64,000 nt of DNA from Chrysomallon squamiferum (Eukaryota > Animalia > Mollusca). The notes beneath the pieces were generated by a model. The model searched no databases and was not told where the DNA came from. It was given only the letters and a program-made list of their open reading frames with translations. Below, piece after piece: positions 1 through 10,791 of this stretch; positions within the stretch are counted from its first letter, which is position 1, and the number at the start of each line of letters is the position of its first letter. Position numbers and translations under genes: made by a program. The stretch is taken from assembly GCA_012295275.1 (NCBI GenBank), contig CM022677.1, forward strand, positions 10,788,001 through 10,852,000, written 5' to 3'.

Positions 1-99
1 AACTTATTATTTTTACTTGTTTCAGAAATACATTCTAATTTTTTTCATAATAAATTTTATGTTACTTCATTGGTTTCACTTCGAAATAATGACCCATTT

Positions 100-102
100 G
101 TA

Positions 103-138
<36 letters not shown>

Positions 139-140
139 AT

Positions 141-189
<49 letters not shown>

Positions 190-215
190 GCTACTACTAC
201 TATTACTACTACTAC
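100..215. repeat. (ATT)n/(ACT)n compound microsatellite
   Basis: Read directly. Other simple repeats include (CA)n at 834-880, (ATT)n at 2385-2436 and (ATT)n at 14523-14585. Confidence 0.95.
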
Positions 216-831
216 TTTTTTGTAGAGATAGGTCAGCAGAAATCATCATCATTCTTTTTATTATTACTTTATTTTCATTACTCTTTTATTTTTCTGCAAA
301 CTGACTTAATGAAAAAATAAAAAATTAAATAAATAAATAAATAAATAAATAATAAAAATAATAATAATAATAAAATGAATAAGATAAAAATATCTTTAAA
401 CTGTCTAATTTTCGACCAAATATTAAGATTTTGGTTGTGCTTTATTCCAGACAGAAAAACAACGGACTGCACAGGAGAATTTCCTTGGAAGTAAAACATT
501 TTATCGAAAATAAACCTTCAGCAATTTTACATGTTAATTAGTAGACGTTAGAAGAACATATGGATAAAACAGTCAAATAAGTAGAATATAATATACAAAT
601 CGTTTATAAGTAATAAATAAAAGCTGATTAACCCATGTGAGTATTTAATAGTTGTCAAATTGTCTATTTAATCTTTATTATATATTTAAATATTCTCAGT
701 AGATACAAACGTTTCAAACTGTTTAATAATTCTCTTCGGTAGATGCCACGTGTAAAATATTCTAAGATAATACCATCATTGAAATGACGTCAGAGGCAAA
801 TGTTGAGTGGCTTTATAGTTAAGAGTTTCTG

Positions 832-882
<51 letters not shown>

Positions 883-1024
883 CGAATTTAAATTTTGTGT
901 TGGGCAAGGCAAATGTTTCCTTCGGTTTAATAACACTTTTTAGAGCTCTAAGGCAACTTTCCACAGAAGCGATTAGTGGTATTGCTACTGAAGACTAGGA
1001 ATGACTGTGACTCAGATTCAAATT

Positions 1025-1057
<33 letters not shown>

Positions 1058-1499
1058 TGCTATAATGTAGTAGATTAGTTCGTTAAAATTACTCTTAATT
1101 CTATTACTTTGAGTTAAAACATTTTCTAAGGAAGTGCAAAAGGTCAGGGTCAGCATAATTTCTTAAAAGTTGAATATTTGTGGATTTGATATAAACTACC
1201 TGGATATGAAGTTGATAGCTGAATACCCAAGTCAGTCATCCCATCACCCAAGAAGAAAGGAAAAACTGACGAGATTGTGACAGCCACTGGCTGGCTTTAT
1301 GAACATGTAGGTCTTCATTGTCAATATATTTGAACATATTTCAAAAAGTGTACGTTTCCTTTATTTTTATTTTACCGATAATAATTATTATTACTTATTA
1401 TTGAATATTTTATCATTCTTAATGTTTAGTCTCCTAATGCTAATGTTATTGTACCACTGGCTAATGGCTGCCTGAATATCACCACCAGATTGTGTCGCA

Positions 1500-1860
1500 G
1501 ATATCTATTTTCCTTGAAAAACGTTATGAAAACAAACCCACGTGCATGATGATTAAAATAGACACATACCCGACATACTTTCCAAACAGACCAATCATAT
1601 CGCTATGACACGAACAGAACGCCATTTTTTCCCCCACTGCTTCAGTAACGCAGTAATGATCCAATTATCAAACATTTCATGGAGTGATTATCACCTCATG
1701 TAAATAGCATCATATGGGGTGCTAATGTTCTGGAAGCATCAACATCAGGAAATTCCAGAACATTCGAGCAGTAACCACATGACACATCATGTCACGTTGA
1801 CATTCCTTGACGAAAATCCACAGCTATAATAACCAATCAAAACTGTTTATTTCAATCACT
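1500..1860 (+). promoter_or_regulatory. Putative promoter with kappaB, GAS-like and CCAAT motifs
   Basis: GGAAATTCCA at 1748-1757 (reverse complement TGGAATTTCC), TTCCTTGAA at 1510-1518, CACGTG near 1539, CCAAT near 1591, 1660 and 1833. Further upstream are TGACGTCA (785-792) and TGACTCA (1008-1014). Confidence 0.35.
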
Positions 1861-1938
1861 GCACCTGAAAAATACTCGTTTTACATAAGCAGATTGAACG
1901 GTTACGGAGAGAGAGGGTTGGAGCTTCACAAGTTACAG
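1855..1938 (+). other. Candidate non-coding first exon of the TNFR-like gene
   Basis: The ATG exon has an acceptor, so an upstream exon is required. There is a locally CpG-richer segment downstream of CCAAT (1833) ending in CAG|GTGCGC. The start is approximate. Confidence 0.35.
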
Positions 1939-1960
1939 GTGCGCTGATGTTTTTCGACAC

Positions 1961-2162
1961 CAAAGCAGTTGTATGATTTACATAAATAAACGAATTTTAA
2001 ACTGTTATTTCGATCGAAGTTTATTACATTTTTTTTTTATATATATATATATATATACATATATTAAAAAAAAAGAGTTGTAAATAACTTCCTGGTTAAT
2101 AAACTTAGATCGAAATAACAGTTTAAAATTCGTTTATTTACGTAAAACATACCACTGCTTTG
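1961..2162. repeat. 65-bp inverted repeat (foldback or MITE-like)
   Basis: 1961-2025 is the reverse complement of 2098-2162 with about 4 mismatches. The spacer contains T-run/(AT)n/A-run, which is itself self-complementary. Confidence 0.85.
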
Positions 2163-2383
2163 CTGTATATATATATATTCAGTAATTGTTACGCATATTA
2201 TTGTTTTAGTGATTATGTTGATGTTTATATTTAACAAAAACGAGAGAAACTGATCTTGTATAATTATAGTTACCCGATTTTAGGTATTGCTTGAAAACGC
2301 ATACAACATGATTATGTTGGTACTGTAATGCGTTGTAACATTTTCGCATTCAGTTATTATTTTGTTTTTGTTTAATGAATTGG

Positions 2384-2437
<54 letters not shown>

Positions 2438-3029
2438 TTCTTTTCATTATTTTAATACTACTTCTACTACTACAAAGAATTAAACACTCACATAGAAAAT
2501 TTGTATGATATTAGTTATCTAAAGTGACAGATGTATTTTATTACTGTCACATCTTTATTTTCTCTTTCAGATACTAATATGAATCTAACACAATATGTTA
2601 AATGTTCAGATATGTGTACTAAATTATATATATATATACTAATAGTTCTTCTTTAGATACAGTTATTTATATTTTATTATTGTCAAATACATATTTGAAA
2701 CAGTCTGCTTTTGAATTATGCATGCTTTGTTTTAATTTCTGTGATGCAAATTCAAACGAGTTTTGTATTTTTTAAAATTTACTATTTTCATTTATTATCA
2801 TGTCTAGCAGAAGACTAAAGTGATTAGTGAATTAATAATGAGAAAACAGTCACACATGTCTTAATTTGTATCTGTTAAATACAAGTTTCTTTCTTTATTT
2901 TGTTTTTACTGTTTATTTTATTATTATTTTTTTTTGATAAAGATTTTATTCTGCTTCTTGAAATCTGAAAAATCCTGAAACCTAGACCATCTCCAGCATC
3001 AAGCTTGTCAGATAAATGGTTCAGTACCT

Positions 3030-3064
<35 letters not shown>

Positions 3065-3126
3065 TTTTTCACATATATTTCATTAATGTTTTTTATTTTT
3101 GTTTTGTTTTTCCAGACATTACAAAC

Positions 3127-3204
3127 ATGAAACTATTACATGGATTGATGATTTTTGTAATAGTTGCAGCAATGCCAATACTAGAAGATAGTAATGAAAT
3201 TCAG
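3127..3204 (+). CDS. TNFR-like gene coding exon 1 (signal peptide); exon begins at 3116
   Basis: Polypyrimidine tract and TTCCAG acceptor at 3111-3115, AAAC-ATG start context, hydrophobic LLHGLMIFVIVAA stretch, CAG|GTATGT donor at 3204/3205 (phase 0). Confidence 0.85.
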
Positions 3205-5942
3205 GTATGTTTTAATAAAGCAACTCATTTTCAAAACTGGGTGCATCCAACACCAATCACATCCAAAAACAATGTATACAACACAACACAACCCACAACA
3301 CTAAAATGGTAATTGAAACTAGAATCATAGTACATAATTTTAACTGATCATTGTAATTTAACATTATATCTGCTTATTCATTCTTTTGATTTTTCTTTTT
3401 TCAGACATATAAAGTTAAAATTGATGGAACATATACAACTTGTAAAAAGTGTCCTGCTGGTACACGACTTGTAGCAAACTGCACAGAGAACGGTGGTGAA
3501 TCAAAATGTGAGCCTTGTGAAGAAGGGTTTTTCCAGTCGAGTTACACTCGTGCTACTAGATGTGCTAAATGTGACAAGTGTGACAGCACAACTCAAACAG
3601 AAGAAAAGAAATGCACCAACATGAGCAACACACAGTGCAGATGTAAAGAAGGATTTCAACTAAAAAAGATTGGGGGCAATATGAACATTGAAGTGTGTAT
3701 TAAGGGTAAGCCAATAATATTTCAGTTGCTTCAAGTTATTATTAATTCAAGTTGTATGTTTTTATGTCAGGGATTGACAACCTTTTTTGCCTCTGTGGGC
3801 CAGATCACATATTACCAAGTCTATATAAAAAATTTAAAATATAAACATTCTTAATTCAGTTGTTTTAATACAGCTTCACATTAGTATTCAAGTAAAACTG
3901 CCAGTAATGAAACAGCAATACTTCAAATAATGATACAAGCTTAGTATAAATCTGACATTGTGACTTATGGCATAACTTTTGCTTCGCTAAACAGAAGAAG
4001 TACTCAAGACACTTTCAAATAATAGCAGGTTATTTATTAACATTGGTGCAGTAATAAGATTACATTAAAATAAAACTTACTCTCCACTCACAAATGGTAC
4101 ATGGCTTTGTTGAAAAGTATTCTTTGCTTTAACATAGGTAACTTAGAATTGATTTTGAAAAGATACACAGCAATTTAATAGTTAATTACTTTTCTAGGAA
4201 TATTCCCCCCCCCCCAAAAAAAATGAACATTTTTAAAATCTGGTGAACAAAAAGAACCCAATGAATTGCTCATAAGCAACCAGTCAATGGCTGTAAACAC
4301 ATACATCAAACTACATCTGTCTCTAAACAAACAGCTACAAACTTCTTTCTTTAAACATTGATGATGGACTGGACTGTCATGATAAACTCTTGTGTCTTGT
4401 TGTGTTCACTATTAAAATATTCATACAGAAATAGGAATACACCAGCATACACTTTATAACTAATTCTAGATGCAAATATTTAGATCTATATATAATTGTA
4501 TTATGTATTATAGATAAACATAACAAATTTAGTAATTTAATTTAGTTGTGAATATTTAGATGTAGATTATATTACATGTATAAATAGTAATAATAAACAA
4601 GTCACAGATGTACTTTATATCAGTAAGATCTTATATTCTGTTTCACTGTTAATAGGAGTCAAACACAAGGTTTTAAATGTACAATAATACACATATGTGT
4701 AATATACATTATATTACATGACTGTTTATTTGGGTTCTTCTTTACATACAGTTATTTATATTTTATTATTGTTAAATACATTTTTATTTTTTGTTTCAGA
4801 TACTAGTGGCACAACTAGTTCTAAAGGTAACAGACATACACAGATACACATGTGTACACACACAGACACACAAACACCCCCCCCCACACACACAAACTCT
4901 CAAAGACTATTTTTATCTGCTGTTAGCTGTGAAACAAACAGCTACAAACTTCTTTCTTTACACATTGATGATGAATTGACTGGACTGTCATGATAAACCC
5001 TTGTGTCTTGTTGTGTTCACTATTAAAATATTCATACAGAAATAGGAATACACCAGCATGCTAGAGAATAATCACTCGCAGGTTCCAACTGCTGATTTCA
5101 TTCTATAATTATACATAATAAATATTAGTTGTAAATATTTAGACCTATGTATAATTGAATTATGTATAATAGATAATAATAATAAATAGTAGTAGATACA
5201 TAGATAGTAATAATAAACAGTATTAATTTATGATTAATTCTAGTTGTAAATATTTAAATCTGTATATAATTGTATCATGTAAAAATAAACAGTAGCAGTT
5301 TATGATTAATTTAGTTGTAAATATTTAGATCTCTGTATAATTGCAGGGCTCGAAAAGGCCACCAGGTAATCAAATGCATTTCGAATAAGTTTCAACCTGT
5401 GTAATTTTATTTTGTATGTAGATAGTAATAATAAACAATAATATTTTATGATTAATTCTAGTTGTAAATATTTAAATCTAGATATAATTCTTAGTCTCTA
5501 GTTAAATATTTTAATTATTATAACTTCTAGTTGTAAATACATTCAAAGAAATGATATATTAGACATTAGAATATAGTCACAGTTATATTTAGTATTTCAA
5601 ATACATTTTTAACTTCTCTTTTAGATACTGATGGTGGTGGAAATAGAGAGAGAGAGACACACACAATTAAACAGACAAAGATAATTTACATTACATGATT
5701 ATGTATCTAAAATCACAGATGTACTTTATGTTTGTTAAATCTTTATATTCTGTTTCAGATAAAACACAAGATTTACAATAATATAATGTGTAATAAATTA
5801 TATTACAGGATTATTTATATAGCTTCTTCTTTACATACAGTTATTTATATTTTATTATTGTTAAATACATTTTTATCTTCTTTTTCAGATACTAGTGGTG
5901 CAACCATTTCTAAAGGTAACAGACACACACAGATACACATGT

Positions 5943-5995
<53 letters not shown>

Positions 5996-6205
5996 CAAAG
6001 ACTATTTTTAACTGCTGTTACAGTTAAACTTGAGATAAAATAAACTTTTATCCTTAGATCTGAATGAGATGCATTGTGTTAAAGTAATGCGCATACAACA
6101 CATGTACACACAGACATACACACATACACACATATACACACACTGGTACTAATGTCAATGACATGTATAGTATTAAAGTATTTTCATGAGCACACATGTA
6201 AAAAC

Positions 6206-6262
<57 letters not shown>

Positions 6263-6343
6263 TTTCAATGTTATCTATTTTTATTTTTAGGACGAATACT
6301 GTTCCTAGTGATTTCGTTTTTGGTGGCAACATTTAAAAAATAA
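3127..6343 (+). CDS. TNF receptor superfamily-like protein, predicted GPI-anchored decoy; join(3127..3204,3405..3705,4800..4826,5889..5915,6291..6343), 161 aa
   Basis: All introns are GT-AG with compatible phases (0,1,1,1). The 486-nt spliced ORF translates to MKLLHGLMIFVIVAAMPILEDSNEIQ|TYKVKIDGTYTTCKKCPAGTRLVANCTENGGESKCEPCEEGFFQSSYTRATRCAKCDKCDSTTQTEEKKCTNMSNTQCRCKEGFQLKKIGGNMNIEVCIK|DTSGTTSSK|DTSGATISK|GRILFLVISFLVATFKK*. The cysteine spacing CxxCPAG...C...CxPCxxGxF...CxxCxxC...C...TxCxCxxGF is the TNFR/NGFR CRD signature. Confidence 0.85.
3405..3705 (+). CDS. TNFR-like gene coding exon 2 (cysteine-rich domains: partial CRD1, full CRD2, start of CRD3)
   Basis: TTTTTTCAG acceptor, 301-nt open frame with 12 Cys in TNFR spacing and sequons NCT and NMS, AAGG|GTAAGC donor (phase 1). 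Confidence 0.92.
3768..3812 (+). mobile_element. hAT (Charlie/MER58-type) terminal fragment
   Basis: CAGGGATTGACAACCTTTTTT...GGGCCAGAT resembles the CAGGGGTNGGCAAACTTTTT...GGGCCAGAT end of hAT-Charlie MITEs. The other end was not found. Confidence 0.4.
4325..5059 (+). repeat. Intronic direct duplication (4325-4448 vs 4932-5059) marking the tandem duplication that doubled the microexon
   Basis: Near-identical AAACAAACAGCTACAAACTTC...GGAATACACCAGCAT in both copies; the flanks of the two microexons (4736-4925 vs 5823-6020) also align. Confidence 0.85.
4800..4826 (+). CDS. 27-nt symmetric microexon, Ser/Thr stalk (DTSGTTSSK)
   Basis: TGTTTCAG acceptor and AAAG|GTAACA donor; phase 1-1, in frame with the flanking exons. 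Confidence 0.65.
5344..5399. mobile_element. 56-bp hAT-like mini-element with imperfect TIRs and 8-bp TSD
   Basis: CAGGGCTCGAAA...TTTCAACCTG, flanked by TATAATTG and TGTAATTT. Neighbouring paralogous AT-rich units lack the insert. Confidence 0.45.
5889..5915 (+). CDS. 27-nt symmetric microexon (DTSGATISK) carrying the predicted GPI omega site S-G-A
   Basis: TTTTTCAG acceptor and AAAG|GTAACA donor; phase 1-1; paralogous to 4800-4826. Confidence 0.7.
6291..6343 (+). CDS. Last coding exon: hydrophobic C-terminal GPI-signal-like tail (GRILFLVISFLVATFKK*); exon ends at 6348
   Basis: TTTTTAG acceptor at 6290, in frame from phase 1, TAA at 6341-6343, CAG|GTTAGT donor at 6348/6349. Confidence 0.7.
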
Positions 6344-6595
6344 GGCAGGTTAGTATCAGTACACTGAAAACACACCCACATATCTGCTCACTCTCACTAG
6401 GCAAATATAAACACACATAACATACACTTTTAAGCACACATACATATACATGCACATAGACATACATACACATATATTTTTCTTCCACTAATGTTCTTAA
6501 GCAATCCTTACTGAACAAAAACATCTTTAATGCTTGTTTTTTTTTTTAAATTTTTAAATATTGTTGGATATTTATTGTATTATTTGTTGTTCCAG

Positions 6596-7660
6596 ATCAT
6601 TTGGTATTTTGGAATTCAAGTTGGTGGAAGCAGTAACTTGAACCAGGATTCATGAGATTATGAAAATGTGATAGACAAAGCTATTGTGATTGTTGACGCA
6701 TGTACACATAAATACATACATATAAAGATACACATGACACAGATGCAAGTAACAACACACACACACGAGACACTCTATTACATGTTGGTATGTTGACATG
6801 CTAAAAGGCAGCTGTTGATGAGATATGTTGACATGCTAGAAGGCAGCTGTTGATGAGATATGTTGACATGCTAGAAGGCAGCTGTTGGTGAGATATGTTG
6901 ACATGCTAGAAGGCAGCTGTTGATGAGATATGTTGACATGCTAGAAGGCAGCTGTTGATGAGATATGTTGACATGCTAGAAGGCAGCTGTTGATAAGATA
7001 TCTTGTTATGATAGAAGACAGCTGTTGATGAAATATCTAGTTATGATAGAAGGCAGCTGTTGATGAGATACCTAGTTACAATAGAAGAGCACCATTGGGA
7101 AAACATCAAGCAGCAGCTGAAGTTAAGCTTTAATATTTCAATGAGGCAAAATACCTGGTGCTGGGAAGCATGTGTGACACTGAAAAGGTTAACAGCAGTG
7201 ATGAAAGTCTACAGAAAATGGAGTCTGATTATACCCGAAACATTCTGAGAAAATCATGTTAAGATTGTGTTGTTGGACAAATATCATCATTGTAATAACA
7301 GAAATAGAAAATAATTTGTTTAATTTGAATGAAACTATTTTCTAAATTCATTTCAGTTAAGATAACTTGATTTTCTTGTTTCTACATTTTAAAATCTGTA
7401 TTATTACAACTGAAACATTAATTGAATATTTTATAATTCTGAAGTCACTTGATTCTGTTCATTTACAAAGAATATTAATTTTTTGCTTTTAAACTTTCAC
7501 ATTTTAAACTAATCCTGATTTCAGTTTATTAAATATTACTGCATCTACATTTTTTTTTTTGCTTTATATGTGTGTATGTGTGTGTATTTATTATTATTTT
7601 TACTTAGTTTTATAAATTATAATAAAGTAAAGTCTTGGAAAGTTTTGGAAATAATAAATA
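6596..7660 (+). other. Probable terminal 3'UTR exon of the TNFR-like gene
   Basis: TGTTCCAG acceptor at 6595 follows the donor at 6349; AATAAA at 7621 and 7653. The 3' end is uncertain. Confidence 0.45.
6789..7090 (+). repeat. 35-bp minisatellite (about 8 copies) in the putative 3'UTR
   Basis: Unit ATATGTTGACATGCTAGAAGGCAGCTGTTGATGAG, degenerating toward the 3' end. Confidence 0.9.
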
Positions 7661-8961
7661 AATAGATATTAAAATAAGATTGATTTATAAATAATTATGT
7701 AACTGCAGAAAATATTTAAGTGCTTTCAATTTGTTGTTTAATAATTTATTAACCTATTAAACAGAATCATTTTTTAACCTTTTAAATAGAATAATTTTTA
7801 TAGTATTTTACAGTGGTTTACTAATTCTAACATTTTAATCATGGCAGAAATTATGATTACAAATATTAAATTTCACAGCAGCTTGAAATTCAATTTCTTT
7901 ATTTCTTCTTTTTTTTCCCCTTAATTTTATAAACTATAACAATAATGAAAAAAGAAGATTTATTTATAAGTAATTATGTAACTGCTGAAAATATTTAAGC
8001 ACTTTAAATTTGTTGTTCAGTCCAAAGATAAGTAAATCCAAAGAGATAAATATGTATATAGACAGTAATAATCTTATTATGTATATAGATAGTAATAATA
8101 AACAATAATATTTTATGATTAATTTTAGCTGTTAATATTTAAATCTAGATATAATCATGTTGCCAATAGTGAAATGTTTTAAATTAATACATTCATATAT
8201 TTTATAACATTTTTAATATCCTTTGAAAATACAGTTTGTATCTAATTATAGTTGTTTTGTTGTCTTTTCTGCAAACTTATTAACTTATTTAAAATCAGTA
8301 TTATATGAAACATTTCAAAATGGCTTACATTAAGAATTTAAACAAACAAACAAACAAACAAACAAAAAATCCCAGAAGAAAAATAACCTGAAAAGGATGT
8401 CAGTGCTTTTGTTCTATTAATAACAAATTCAGTGGTCCCCCTTTCTCATAATGCACCACCCTTTAAATAGCACAGTTTTGTACATTGCTTGTGTATTTAT
8501 GTGTGAATGGATGATTCATCATCCATTAAAGCTTTTTTTATGCAAATGACTAGCTTTTTGGTGTCACCCTTCCTTAAAGATAGATAATCATTTGACAGTA
8601 GAACTTTTAAAACCACCAGGAAAATTCTTTTCCTTTTGTGAAATAAGAAAAAGAACTCAGTAACATATTAAGAGTTGAAAATAAACCAGCTGGTGAAATT
8701 CTGATTATCTTTTCTTAACTTCCATTGCCAACTTGCAGGTGCATTTTTTTCTTTACACATGATTTAATGTTCTCCACTTTGATTCATTTTAATCTTATCA
8801 AAGCTATTTCTGTGAGTCAACTCATATTCATTTGCCAACACAACAGAATTTCTGAGATCATTAACCTGACGTTCACATAAATAGGTTCGAACATCTACTA
8901 TGTACATCAAAACAGGCTGTGTAAGATATTCAAAATTAGCTGACCTACGTTGCCTATCAAA

Positions 8962-10513
8962 AGTGATTTATTTATTTCTAGCAAACTCAACTCTTCTTTT
9001 GACAAGTTCATCATTTTTGTCTGTCAGTTTCAGATACCAACTCAGAAACAAATAAAAATGCTTGCTTCAGAAAAAGCAATTTTTGTGAGACAAGCCTCTT
9101 CTTTAGTTTTATATATATATATATATATATAAATATATATGATCAGAGAAATTCTGTTGTGCCAGAGCTATTCAGAAAAGTTGAAAGAGAATTTTTTGTT
9201 TGACTTCTGTTAGTTCAGGCTTGAAAATGAATAATTTAAAGAAAATTTTCTGGAGCAGATTTTGTAATTTAGTAATGGCAAAGAAGATATATTTTTTTTT
9301 ACACATTTACACATGTGCACTGTGCATAGTCTATCTATACCTCTTATTTCCTGTTCTTTATCTTTTTTGTTTGTTGTCATGTTGTCACAAAACCGTGAGT
9401 TTTTCACCTGATGAAAAAGTATATCCAATCTGACGTAAACTATTTACGTATATTTGAAATTCTTGTATTGTGTTTTGAGAGGAAATGAAATAATTATAAT
9501 GATAAAAATGATGATAAAATAGCATTGCAGTAGAAGTAGTTGTAGTAGTAATAATATAGTAGTAGTAGTAATAAGAACAATATTACTAGTACTACTAATA
9601 CTGCTGAATATGATTATTATAACAGTGATATTAATAGTAGTAGTTGAAGTAGTAATAATATTAGTGATAATAGTAATCATAATAATAATAATAATAATAA
9701 TAATTATCATAATTGTAATAATAATGATGACAAAAATAAGTTTAATAGTATAGTACTATCAGTAATAAGGGTGATAATAGTAATAATAAAAAATACTAGT
9801 AACATTATTTATATCAGTAATAATAGTGATAATAAAATAATGATGATGATGATGATAAAAGTAAGTAGTATTAGTGTTAGTATTAGTAGTAGTAATAAAA
9901 ATAATATCAGTGATGATGATGATAATACAACAACTACTACTAATATAATAATAATAGTGGAAATTAGTTATTATAATAATGGTGAAAAATTGCAGTCGTT
10001 ATAGTAGAAGTAGTGGTAGAAATACTAATAACAATAAAAATATGTAATAGTAACAGTCATGATAATAACATTATAATAATAACAATACTGCTGCTACTAC
10101 TACTAATAATACTCATAATAATAATGATGACAGTACTAGAAGTAGTACTAGCAATAATAATATATCAGTGATAATAATGATGATGATGATGATGGTGGAA
10201 ATAGAGAGAGAGATAGACACACAATTAAACAGACAAAGATAATTTACATTACATGATTATGTATCTAAAATCACAGATGTACTTTATGTTTGTTAAATCT
10301 TTATATTCTATTTCAGATAAAACACAAGATGTACAATAATATAATGTATAATAAATTATATTACAGGATTATTTATATAGCTTCTTCTTTACATACAGTT
10401 ATTTATATTTTATTATTGTTAAATACATTTTTAACTTCTTTTTCAGATACTAGTGGTGCAACCATTTCTAAAGGTAACAGACATACACAGATACACATGT
10501 GTACACACACACA

Positions 10514-10561
<48 letters not shown>

Positions 10562-10752
10562 CAAAGACTATTTTTATCTGCTGTTACAGTTAAACTTGAG
10601 ATAAAATAAACCTTTATCCTTAGATCTGAATGAGATGCATTGTGTTAAAGTACACACAGACATACACACATATACACACACTGGTACTAATGTCAATGAC
10701 ATGTATAGTATTAAAGTATTTTCATGAGCACACATGTAAACACACACACCCA

Positions 10753-10791
<39 letters not shown>

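Noticed and set aside
6335-6340. C-terminal KK as an ER-retrieval signal
   Set aside because: The lysines are at -1 and -2, not the -3/-4 or -3/-5 positions required for KKXX or KXKXX.
7060-7248. 62-aa ORF as the cytoplasmic domain of the TNFR
   Set aside because: It lies after the in-frame stop, starts inside the minisatellite, has no acceptor and shows no death-domain pattern.
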